Position numbers and translations under genes: made by a program. Positions 56,274-64,000 of a stretch of DNA of 64,000 nt are shown here, piece by piece. The DNA comes from Planctomycetota bacterium (lineage in GTDB: Bacteria > Planctomycetota > UBA1135). The notes under the pieces were generated by a model that saw only the letters and a program-made list of their open reading frames with translations, did no database searches and was not told the DNA's origin. The DNA lies in the NCBI GenBank assembly GCA_045047305.1, contig JASFYO010000036.1, positions 32,001-96,000 of the forward strand. The letters are read 5' to 3'. Position 1 is the stretch's first letter; each line of letters begins with the position of its first letter.

Positions 56274-58255
56274 ACTTTGGGCTCCAAGAGGAGGCAGTTC
56301 CAGCAATCTAAGGTGGCGCTCCACTGTGGCGGCACCACCGTGGTAGCGGAATACTCGGTGATGATGGCAGGCCCCATCACCGTGGCGCCCGGGCGCAACT
56401 CCTCCCGTGCAAAGAACTCCGCTTTTCGCTTCGCGCCGATGGTTCCGAACCATGTAATTCCCTTGCCGCAAGGTTTCGCTGCGTGTTTCCGCGTTTTTTG
56501 CCGACTCCAGGGAGTAAATTCTTTGCCGTCGACCTGCACCGAAATCGCATGCAGCTCCACTGGGCGGTCCGAACGCGAAAAGCCAAAACGCTTTTGGTGA
56601 AGCGCGTGAAAGCGCTGCAACAACTGTGGTCCATCCTCAAGCGATAACACGCCGGCCTGCCCCTCCCCGCGCAACTCCACCACACAACTGACGCTCAAAC
56701 TCCGCGTCGAACATCCTTCATCACGCAATTCCTGCTTCAGTTGTTTCACCCAAGGCGCAAATAACTTCTTGCGCACGGATGCACTTGGCAAAGTCTGCAA
56801 AACAGAGCGGCTCATGCGACGTCGTGGTGATGCACCAAGTAATCCGAGTGCGGAGAATGCACCGGCAAGTGGTGGCACCACCACGCCGCGCATGCCCAAG
56901 CGCTCGGCCAACCATGCTGCATGCAATCCCCCCGCACCACCGAAGGAGTAAAGCATGGCGTCGCGCGGATCCCGACCTTCTGCAAGCGAAACCCGGCGCA
57001 AAGCCCGCTCCATGTCTGCACTTGCGATTTGGAGGATCTGCTGCGCCGCGGTTTCTAGACTGAGCCCTGCATGCTTGGCCAGAGATTGCATCGCGGATAG
57101 AGATGCTTTGGTTTGCAATGCAAAGCTGCCGCCGAGGAAGGCATCGGGGAGGAGACGACCGCAGAGGAGATGAGCATCGGTGACGGTAGCCTGAGTGCCT
57201 CCGCGTGCATAACAAGCAGGCCCTGGAACCGCGCCGGCCGAAGCGGGACCAACCCGCAACAAACCACCAGGATCCACCGAGGCCAAACTCCCGCCTCCCG
57301 TGCCAACGGAATGGATGGGCAATCCTCGTGCGAGTAAAGGCAGGCGCCCGACGGAGATGGGACGGTTTTCAGGGAGCGCAGTATCTAACCATGCAACGTC
57401 GGTGGAGGTGCCCCCCATATCGAACGTCATCAGTTGCGCATCGCCCCGACATTGCGCCAAAGAAATCGCCGCACTCAAACCACCAGCAGGGCCAGAAAGT
57501 GCAAGTGTTACTGGATGCTCTACGGCTGCCTCCACCATGGCGGTGCCTCCATCCGAACGCATGATGCGCAGCTGCGATTGCGGATGCTTGAGATTGAGGC
57601 CGTCGCGCAGATCCAATAATGCACGCCGTACGACGGGTGCGAGCGAGGCGTCGGCCCAAGTGGTTGCGGCACGTTCATACTCACGGATTTCAGGTGCAAC
57701 CTCATGTGACAACATCACTGGCACACCTAACTTCTGCAAGGCGCGCCCAAGCTGCTGCTCATGTGCAGGTGCGGAAAAGGAATGTAAAAGCGCAACCGCA
57801 ATCGCTTCCGGCTTCTTCCTGGCGACGGCTTTCACCACGCGGTTGATTTCGGTTCGGGTCAACGCTTGCACCACCTCGCCACCAGCAGCATGCCGTTCAG
57901 CAACTTCCACGATGCGCGAGGTCGGCTGCGCTGGGCGGCTTACACTTGGCTCTAATGCGTATACGTCGTCGCGATCTTGGCGCCCAATCGCCAACAAATC
58001 GCGAAAACCTTGGGTGGTGATAAAAACGACCTTACCCAACTTGCCGGTGAGCAAGGCATTGGTCGCATGCGTGGTCCCATGCACCATCTCCACCGCTTCC
58101 TGCGATGCCGAGCTTAGCTGATCCACCGCATGCAAAATGGCCCTCGATGGGCGATCTGCCGTCGTCGGCAATTTCATGACCTCCAAGGTGCCATCCGGCT
58201 TACGCCCTATAGCATCAGTGAAGGTACCGCCTGTATCGACGCCGATCCGCAACAC
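56270..58255 (-). CDS. Hydantoinase A / 5-oxoprolinase subunit A
   Basis: GVDTGGTFTD, HGTTHATNALL, SGPAGG, DMGGTSTD, SAGAVPGPACY, FGGAGGLHA. Confidence 0.94.
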   Translation of the reverse strand: MLRIGVDTGGTFTDAIGRKPDGTLEVMKLPTTADRPSRAILHAVDQLSSASQEAVEMVHGTTHATNALLTGKLGKVVFITTQGFRDLLAIGRQDRDDVYALEPSVSRPAQPTSRIVEVAERHAAGGEVVQALTRTEINRVVKAVARKKPEAIAVALLHSFSAPAHEQQLGRALQKLGVPVMLSHEVAPEIREYERAATTWADASLAPVVRRALLDLRDGLNLKHPQSQLRIMRSDGGTAMVEAAVEHPVTLALSGPAGGLSAAISLAQCRGDAQLMTFDMGGTSTDVAWLDTALPENRPISVGRLPLLARGLPIHSVGTGGGSLASVDPGGLLRVGPASAGAVPGPACYARGGTQATVTDAHLLCGRLLPDAFLGGSFALQTKASLSAMQSLAKHAGLSLETAAQQILQIASADMERALRRVSLAEGRDPRDAMLYSFGGAGGLHAAWLAERLGMRGVVVPPLAGAFSALGLLGASPRRRMSRSVLQTLPSASVRKKLFAPWVKQLKQELRDEGCSTRSLSVSCVVELRGEGQAGVLSLEDGPQLLQRFHALHQKRFGFSRSDRPVELHAISVQVDGKEFTPWSRQKTRKHAAKPCGKGITWFGTIGAKRKAEFFAREELRPGATVMGPAIITEYSATTVVPPQWSATLDCWNCLLLEPKV

Positions 58256-58271
58256 GCTTGTGATTCCTAGA

Positions 58272-59342
58272 TTACTTAAAGGCTACGGCGCAGGCTTCTT
58301 TGCGGGCACCTTGCGCATCCGCGATGGCAAAGCTTCCGCCGCTTCGCATAGTGGCAGAACCATAAAGGCCGTCCTTGCGCACTGCATAGAAGGTTAAGCC
58401 AAAGTTCGGACGCCCATCCTTCCACAATGCGGGCTGCCAACGCGCGCCCCGTTTCGCTTGCTCGCTAACCCGAAGTAAAGCATACATACAGGCTTCCTCG
58501 GGAGTGTCTCCGGCGCGCATCCGTTCCACGACTAACCAAGAGCCGCCACTAAGGATGGCTGCTTCTCCGCGTCCGGTCGCGCCAGCACTGCCGACTTCAT
58601 TATCGCAGTAAAGTCCACAGCCGATGAGTGGAGAATCGCCAATCCGACCCGGAATCTTAAAAGCCAATCCACTGGTTGTGGTGCAACATCCAAGATTGCT
58701 ATCCGGCGCGAGTACCGAGCAATGGATTGTTCCCCAAGGTCGTGGCTCGTCCGCCAATGCAGGATCCGCAGCTTCGGTGTCGCCGAGTGGCCACAAGCGA
58801 TCATCGTCACTGCGCTTGGCTCTCCACTTCAACCAAATTCCGCGCGCACGTTCAGTGAGTAAATCTTCAGCCTTGAAACCGTAATCCAAAGCAAACTGAC
58901 GTGCACCGGGTCCCACTAAATTAATGTGATCGGTGTGGTCCATCACGATTTCAGCAACTTGAGCTGGGTGCATGATGTCTTCCAGGGAAGCCACGCTGCC
59001 AGCATTGTGAGTTGGTCCATCCATGCATGCACTATCCAACTGCACCACGCCAAGTTCGTTTGGCAGTCCACCGTAACCCACCGATAAATCATTCGGGTCT
59101 GCCTCCACAATCGCCACGCCGCGCACCGCAGCCGAAACCGGGCGCATCTTTTCATCCACGACCAACTTACGCGCCCGCGCCACGGCTTCCACACCATTGC
59201 CGGAACTAATCGCAATGCAATCCACCCTATTGGGCGCATGGAATGCAGGCTGCGATGCGCCTTGTAGAGTCTGCGGAACAGCACTGGCTGCAAGGCCTGC
59301 ACCCGTGACCTTCAAAAAGGAGCGGCGGTTGATGTCGGACAT
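58272..59342 (-). CDS. Tat-exported Ntn-hydrolase, glycosylasparaginase / isoaspartyl peptidase family
   Basis: Twin-arginine signal NRRSFLK; SVGYGGLPN; WGTI (Thr nucleophile); TTSGLAFKIPGRIGDSP; ATGRGE. Confidence 0.9.
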   Translation of the reverse strand: MSDINRRSFLKVTGAGLAASAVPQTLQGASQPAFHAPNRVDCIAISSGNGVEAVARARKLVVDEKMRPVSAAVRGVAIVEADPNDLSVGYGGLPNELGVVQLDSACMDGPTHNAGSVASLEDIMHPAQVAEIVMDHTDHINLVGPGARQFALDYGFKAEDLLTERARGIWLKWRAKRSDDDRLWPLGDTEAADPALADEPRPWGTIHCSVLAPDSNLGCCTTTSGLAFKIPGRIGDSPLIGCGLYCDNEVGSAGATGRGEAAILSGGSWLVVERMRAGDTPEEACMYALLRVSEQAKRGARWQPALWKDGRPNFGLTFYAVRKDGLYGSATMRSGGSFAIADAQGARKEACAVAFK

Positions 59343-59351
59343 GCTGCCAGA

Positions 59352-60089
59352 CTACTTGCGCGATGCACGTGGATGACCATACATCCACATCAATCGCTTT
59401 GCCGATACTCCCCAACGATACAAAGTGGGGAAGCTCCACCAACACAAAACCGAACGAATGGGGCGCTGTTCAAAACGTCGGGCGGAAGTTTTTACGATGT
59501 GTGGAATATGAGCTATGCGCCCTAGTTTGGATAAACGCTGAGCAAACTCCAGGTCCTCCATTAACGGTTGCTGCGGCATTCCACCCACTTTGGCATAGGC
59601 TGCGGCAGTAACAAAAACGGCTTGATCTCCGTACGGTATAGATGTCTTGCGTGATCGCTTATCCGCGATACCAACCAGGCGTCGGACGATGGGGCCGGCG
59701 TGATTGCTTAACACGTGTTGCACCGAAAAAGCACCTGCAAAGTTAGATGCCATCACTGCGCTATGGATTTCTCTGAAAGCCGCGGGCGGCAGGATGCAGT
59801 CGGCATGCAGGAAAAGCAGGACATCTCCTTTTGCAAGGCTCGCACCCCGGGCTAACTGCTGACCACGACCAAGCGGTGATTCTAAAACGGCGTGAACCCC
59901 ACTTGCCTGAGCAACAGCGACGGTTTGGTCCGCGCTGCCACCATCCACAACCAAAATCTCCAACTCCAACTCCGCCTCGGGATTCTCTTGCGTCAACACG
60001 GCATGCACGCATGCTGGGAGCGCGACCTCTTCGTTCAGCGTCGGAATGATGACCGACAAACGAAAAGGTGAGGCAGGCTCGGGGTTCAC
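59352..60089 (-). CDS. GT2 glycosyltransferase, arsenosugar-associated (TIGR04283-like)
   Basis: SVIIPTLNE, VDGGSAD, GRGQQL, FLHAD, PYGDQA, LMEDLE, TSARR; located in the arsS cluster. Confidence 0.88.
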   Translation of the reverse strand: MNPEPASPFRLSVIIPTLNEEVALPACVHAVLTQENPEAELELEILVVDGGSADQTVAVAQASGVHAVLESPLGRGQQLARGASLAKGDVLLFLHADCILPPAAFREIHSAVMASNFAGAFSVQHVLSNHAGPIVRRLVGIADKRSRKTSIPYGDQAVFVTAAAYAKVGGMPQQPLMEDLEFAQRLSKLGRIAHIPHIVKTSARRFEQRPIRSVLCWWSFPTLYRWGVSAKRLMWMYGHPRASRK

Positions 60090-60093
60090 TGGT

Positions 60094-61614
60094 TTAGCGC
60101 CGCCAATGGATGATACCTTTGAGCAACTTGGCCACACTAGGAGTCAAACGTGCCCCGCTTGCCTTATCGCCGAGCCGGCCCCAAATGGAAACCGAAGTTG
60201 GGTACGGGTGGATGATGCCCGACAACTCAGAGACCTTCATTCCTTTAGTCACGGCAATCAGCATCTCGCCTAGGAGTTCTCCGGCATGCGCGCCTACAAT
60301 CGTAGCGCCACGCAATTTTCCACTTTTACTTTCGAAGATGACCTTGGCGAAGCCCTCAGTCTCTCCCTCGAGAATATTGCGGTCAATCTCCGCAAACTCC
60401 ATACGCAAACTCGAAAGTGCACATCCGGCCTTCTCCTCTTCGGAAGCATAGAGCCCAACATGCGCCACTTCTGGATCGGTGTAAGTGCTCCACGGCATGG
60501 TTAGGTCACTCACCTTGCCGCGACCGAAGAAGAAGGCATTGCGAATCACGATGCGTGCCATGGCATCTGCCGCGTGAGTGAACTGAAAACCTCCAGCCAC
60601 ATCACCGGCAGCAAAAACTCTGGAGTTGGAAGTGCGTAGGCGGTCATCGACTTGCACTCCGCGATTGTTGAACTCGATATGAGCCTTCTCTAGCCCGATG
60701 CCATTCACATTGGGACTGCGGCCGATGGCAATGAGAAGTTCTTCGCCCACGACTTCGCCTTCTTCACCAGCGCGATCAAAAATCAAAACTTTCTTGCCAT
60801 CGCGTTGTTCTACACGGCTCATTTTGGCGCCAAGCTCAAACTGCACTCCATCCTTCACCAATGCCGCTTGCACTAGCGCAGCAGCATCTGGATCTTCACG
60901 CGGAAGAATATGAGAATCCATCGCCACAATGGTGACCTTACATCCAAAGCGTGCGAACGCCTGGGACATTTCCACCCCAATAGGTCCAGCACCGACAATC
61001 ACTAAACTCTCAGGGAGTTCGGTCAGTGCAAACAAAGAAAGGTTAGTCAGATATCCGGCTTCCTCTAATCCAGGGGTTGGGAAAACTAAGGGGCGTGCGC
61101 CAGTAGCAATCACCGCGCGCTTGAAGCGGAGGGAACGCAAGTTGCCATCGTGAAGTTGGACCTCGATTAAGTTCTCGGCAGTGAACTGTCCTTCGCCAAG
61201 AAAGATGTCGATGCCGAGATCGCGGAAGCGCGGGGCGCCATCGTGGTGTCCGATGCCAGCACGTAAGCCACGCATGCGCGCCATGATCTTGGAAAAGCTG
61301 GCTTTCGCATCTGCGCCATTCTCAATGCCATAGTCCGCTGCGCGTCGCATCATGCCGAGGCGTTTGGAAACAGAGAGTAACCCTTTGGATGGAACGCAGC
61401 CGTAGTTCAGGCAGTCACCACCTAAAAGTTCACGCTCAATCATCGCAACCTTAGCGCCGAGCCCTGCCGCAATCGCTGCGCTAATCAAGCCAGCGGTTCC
61501 ACCCCCGAGAACCACCATGTCGTAAAGCGGTTGCGCTTCTGGGTTGGTCCAATCATCGGGAGCAACTTGGGACTTCAGTTCCTGGTCGGCGGGGTCGTTT
61601 TCAAGTAGTACCAT
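60094..61614 (-). CDS. FAD-dependent pyridine nucleotide-disulfide oxidoreductase (MerA/LpdA-like, without the MerA C-terminal CC)
   Basis: GGGTAG, GGDCLNYGCVPSK, GAGPIG, FTHAA, IHPYPT; AGGAGG RBS before ATG 61614. Confidence 0.88.
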   Translation of the reverse strand: MVLLENDPADQELKSQVAPDDWTNPEAQPLYDMVVLGGGTAGLISAAIAAGLGAKVAMIERELLGGDCLNYGCVPSKGLLSVSKRLGMMRRAADYGIENGADAKASFSKIMARMRGLRAGIGHHDGAPRFRDLGIDIFLGEGQFTAENLIEVQLHDGNLRSLRFKRAVIATGARPLVFPTPGLEEAGYLTNLSLFALTELPESLVIVGAGPIGVEMSQAFARFGCKVTIVAMDSHILPREDPDAAALVQAALVKDGVQFELGAKMSRVEQRDGKKVLIFDRAGEEGEVVGEELLIAIGRSPNVNGIGLEKAHIEFNNRGVQVDDRLRTSNSRVFAAGDVAGGFQFTHAADAMARIVIRNAFFFGRGKVSDLTMPWSTYTDPEVAHVGLYASEEEKAGCALSSLRMEFAEIDRNILEGETEGFAKVIFESKSGKLRGATIVGAHAGELLGEMLIAVTKGMKVSELSGIIHPYPTSVSIWGRLGDKASGARLTPSVAKLLKGIIHWRR

Positions 61615-61616
61615 GA

Positions 61617-62321
61617 CTAAATCTCCTCCTGGACAGCCACTGCATTTGGTGCAGCTTCGGCAAGTGCGCGTTTCGCTGCTTTGGTTACAAATATCGTGAC
61701 TACGATGGTCGCGGCAAGGCCGCCATACTTCATCCACAATCCTGCAGCACCAGTATCGCCCAACTCCCCGCTGGCAAGTTTGGTGATATCGCCCACCGCA
61801 GCGCCAAGATAAACGTACATCAAAGTGCCGGGCAGCATGCCGACAAAAGAGCCGAGAACATAGTGCGAAAGTTTTGCGCGGGTTAAGCCGAAGGCATAAT
61901 TCACGATGGAAAAGGGGAAAATCGGAGAGAGCCGCACCAACGTGATGATTTTGAGACCCTCCTTCTCCACTGCTGTAGTGAGTGCGCTGAACTTTGGGTT
62001 ATCCCCCATCTTTTGCTCAATGGAATTCCTAAAAACGCTACGTCCGAGCAAGAATGCAAACGTTGCCCCTAACACACTTGCTGGAGAAACGACTGCGGTG
62101 CCGATCCAAGGTCCATAGATGGCACCAATCATCAAAGTGATAAGAGAGCCCGGAATCATCAACACGGTGGCGACTACATAGCCAAGCCCAACCACCACAG
62201 CGCCAAGCAATCCTTGATCGCGAACCCATTCCATAAAAGCTGGAAGATGTTCTTGGAGGTAAAGGAACCAAGCAGCAAGTGCGGCGCCAATCACCAGGAG
62301 GAAAAGTAGGATTTTCTTCAT
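61617..62321 (-). CDS. TVP38/TMEM64 (DedA superfamily) membrane protein
   Basis: IPGSLIT...GA.YG, GATFAFLLGR, RLSPIFPF..NYAFGLT, GMLPGT. Confidence 0.92.
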   Translation of the reverse strand: MKKILLFLLVIGAALAAWFLYLQEHLPAFMEWVRDQGLLGAVVVGLGYVVATVLMIPGSLITLMIGAIYGPWIGTAVVSPASVLGATFAFLLGRSVFRNSIEQKMGDNPKFSALTTAVEKEGLKIITLVRLSPIFPFSIVNYAFGLTRAKLSHYVLGSFVGMLPGTLMYVYLGAAVGDITKLASGELGDTGAAGLWMKYGGLAATIVVTIFVTKAAKRALAEAAPNAVAVQEEI

Positions 62322-62366
62322 GACAACCTATGTTCGTTCCGCCACGGACGGCGTGACAGCATCCTA

Positions 62367-63326
62367 TCAAACTACGAGTGCTCCACCGCAACTGGAGCCA
62401 GCGCCGGCAGTGCATGCAAAACAATGATCGTCGACCTGAATCGCCAAGCCCGACATCTTGCCTAAATCCTTGAGGGTCAAGGCTTGCCCTTCTGGGCCAA
62501 CCATCTCGAGCCCTTTCACCAAGTTGAAATCGCAATCAAACAAGCGGCCATCCCAACGTAAGCTCAAAGCATTGCGGCACATGACAGAAGCAAGGGTCGC
62601 AGCGTTGTAGTTTTCACGCAGCAGATCCATGTATTGGTCATAACTCTGGGTGCGCTCCAGCCAATCCTTAAAACGATGAATCGGTTGATTGGTAATGGTG
62701 AGCAAGTGGTTGAAATGTATCCCAAACTTGGACTCCAGCTCAAGGTGGTAAGCCGGTTCTAGCTCTTCTTGCGCCGGCGGCAAACTCGCACCTACTGGGT
62801 TGTATACCAAGTGCAAATCCAAACCAGACCCTCGCATGCCAAAGCCAACCGCATTGAGTTGTTTCAGTCCAGCAATACTACGCTCAAAGACTCCGCGGCC
62901 ACGTTGCTTGTCGACGTTCTCCTCGGAGTAGCAAGGCAAGGAGCAAAACAACTCCACTTGATGCTCGGCGAAGAACTGCGGCAGATCCGACATGTCATCC
63001 TCAAACTGCACAGTGATGTTATGGCGCACCAAAACCTTGCGATCTAGAGCACGCGCTCCAACCACTAGGCGCCGGAAGTCGGGGTTCAGCTCAGGAGCAC
63101 CACCGGTGATGTCGAGAGTATCGATTTCTGGGTTTACTGCTAAAAAAGTTAAAACATCATCAATTAAGTGCGCCGGTGCGTTGTCCTCTGCACCACTCAT
63201 CTTTGGCGAAGAATCTACATGGCAATGCAGGCACGCTTGATTGCATAAGCGTCCGATGTTGAACTGAAGAACCGTGACCTGCGTCTTCCGAATCGGCGGA
63301 AAAACCGCAGTCTTAGTTTTTGGCAT
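62367..63326 (-). CDS. arsS: Arsenosugar biosynthesis radical SAM protein ArsS family
   Basis: CNQACLHCH, DITGGAPE, SLPCY, DKQRG, LVYNP, VMCR, FDCDFN, HCFACTAGAGSSCGG. Confidence 0.9.
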   Translation of the reverse strand: MPKTKTAVFPPIRKTQVTVLQFNIGRLCNQACLHCHVDSSPKMSGAEDNAPAHLIDDVLTFLAVNPEIDTLDITGGAPELNPDFRRLVVGARALDRKVLVRHNITVQFEDDMSDLPQFFAEHQVELFCSLPCYSEENVDKQRGRGVFERSIAGLKQLNAVGFGMRGSGLDLHLVYNPVGASLPPAQEELEPAYHLELESKFGIHFNHLLTITNQPIHRFKDWLERTQSYDQYMDLLRENYNAATLASVMCRNALSLRWDGRLFDCDFNLVKGLEMVGPEGQALTLKDLGKMSGLAIQVDDHCFACTAGAGSSCGGALVV

Positions 63327-64000
63327 CTAGCAACAACCCGTAGATGGAGCGTCAGCCAGCGTTTCGCCCTTTTCACTGAAACGCGTAAACAGACCCGCGA
63401 ACGGCTCGCGATTCAGTTTATCGAAAGTTTGTGCATCGACGGCCACGCGGCAACCACGGGAAAAGATGTTGCCGGCATCATCGGCGATTTCAGAAAACGG
63501 TCCGTGATAGACCACTTCTCCACCTTCGGCGCAGCAAGAAACTTCGAGCGGACGATAAGCGACCACGGTCATCGAGCGGAACTCAATGCCTTCGACGACC
63601 TGCCATGGCTCGGTTTGGCGCACCAAGATTTCTACATCTTCCATGCCAGCATCCAAAAATGCCTGCAAGAAAGCTTCTTCCTCAAATGCGCCGGAGATAC
63701 AACCGGACCAGAGGTCGGCATCTTGCTGCAGATTGAGTGGCACTTCCTTATCGCACACGATATCGGAGATAACTGCGCGCCCACCTGGCTTCAAGGTGCG
63801 GTAGATTTCATCGAACATTTGGCATTTGAGCTCTGGAGCTACCAAATTCAAAACGCAGTTGGATACCACGACGTCAATGCTGGCATCCTCCACCATGATT
63901 TCCTCACGGCCGAGGCGCTCGATTTCCATGTGCATGGCTTCATAACCAGCGACGTCGGCCACTGGATTTTTCTCCAACCAACCCTCCAAACGATCGAGGT
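63327..64000 (-). CDS. ArsM-like SAM-dependent methyltransferase, 5' end cut by the window edge
   Basis: Frame open to the edge; DVVVSNCVLNL, LKPGGRAVISD, LWSGCISGA, CC pairs; its stop abuts the arsS start. Confidence 0.85.
   Translation of the reverse strand, partial: LDRLEGWLEKNPVADVAGYEAMHMEIERLGREEIMVEDASIDVVVSNCVLNLVAPELKCQMFDEIYRTLKPGGRAVISDIVCDKEVPLNLQQDADLWSGCISGAFEEEAFLQAFLDAGMEDVEILVRQTEPWQVVEGIEFRSMTVVAYRPLEVSCCAEGGEVVYHGPFSEIADDAGNIFSRGCRVAVDAQTFDKLNREPFAGLFTRFSEKGETLADAPSTGCC

Noticed and set aside
57300..58121. 273-aa + strand ORF
   Set aside because: Antisense shadow of hydantoinase A.
60094..61614. merA mercury-resistance call
   Set aside because: No NmerA domain, no C-terminal CC pair, and no merR, merT or merP nearby.

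Overview
A gene-dense bacterial chromosomal window of moderate GC. The gene repertoire suggests a Planctomycetota-like organism (HEAT/vWA proteins, anchored carboxypeptidase-regulatory-like proteins, fused ccoNO, dimeric GlyRS); this is inferred, not tested. From left to right it holds a complete cbb3 oxidase operon (ccoNO fusion, ccoQ, ccoP, ccoG, fixH, DsbD_2-type gene, ccoI, and a ccoS missing from the ORF track). Next come an MDR oxidoreductase, a vWA/HEAT protein, and a membrane-anchored Thr-type sulfatase-like protein converging on a GT-C-like membrane protein. These are followed by hxlR-glyQS-ptsI and a four-repeat Myb/SANT-like protein, a GST, an AT-richer islet with a Gly-rich secreted protein, and a TonB-dependent receptor with TonB. 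The middle carries plsY-gpsA-pepF, a ferredoxin, tRNA-Gly(GCC), a Cys/Met-rich lipoprotein, ruvC...nadC...purB, ispDF, an MsbA-like exporter and two parvulin-like proteins. The right end has yhhQ, a DEDDh-WYL fusion beside a degenerate NYN protein, and an eight-gene minus-strand operon: ArsM-like, ArsS, DedA, flavin disulfide reductase, GT2, Tat asparaginase-like, and oxoprolinase A/B. No CRISPR array, IS element, integrase or rRNA was seen. The best leads are the DEDDh-WYL/pseudo-NYN pair, the Myb-repeat protein, the extended arsenosugar-type operon, the metallothionein-like lipoprotein and the ruvC-linked degenerate NucS-like gene. All family calls come from recognising motifs by eye; no database searches were run.
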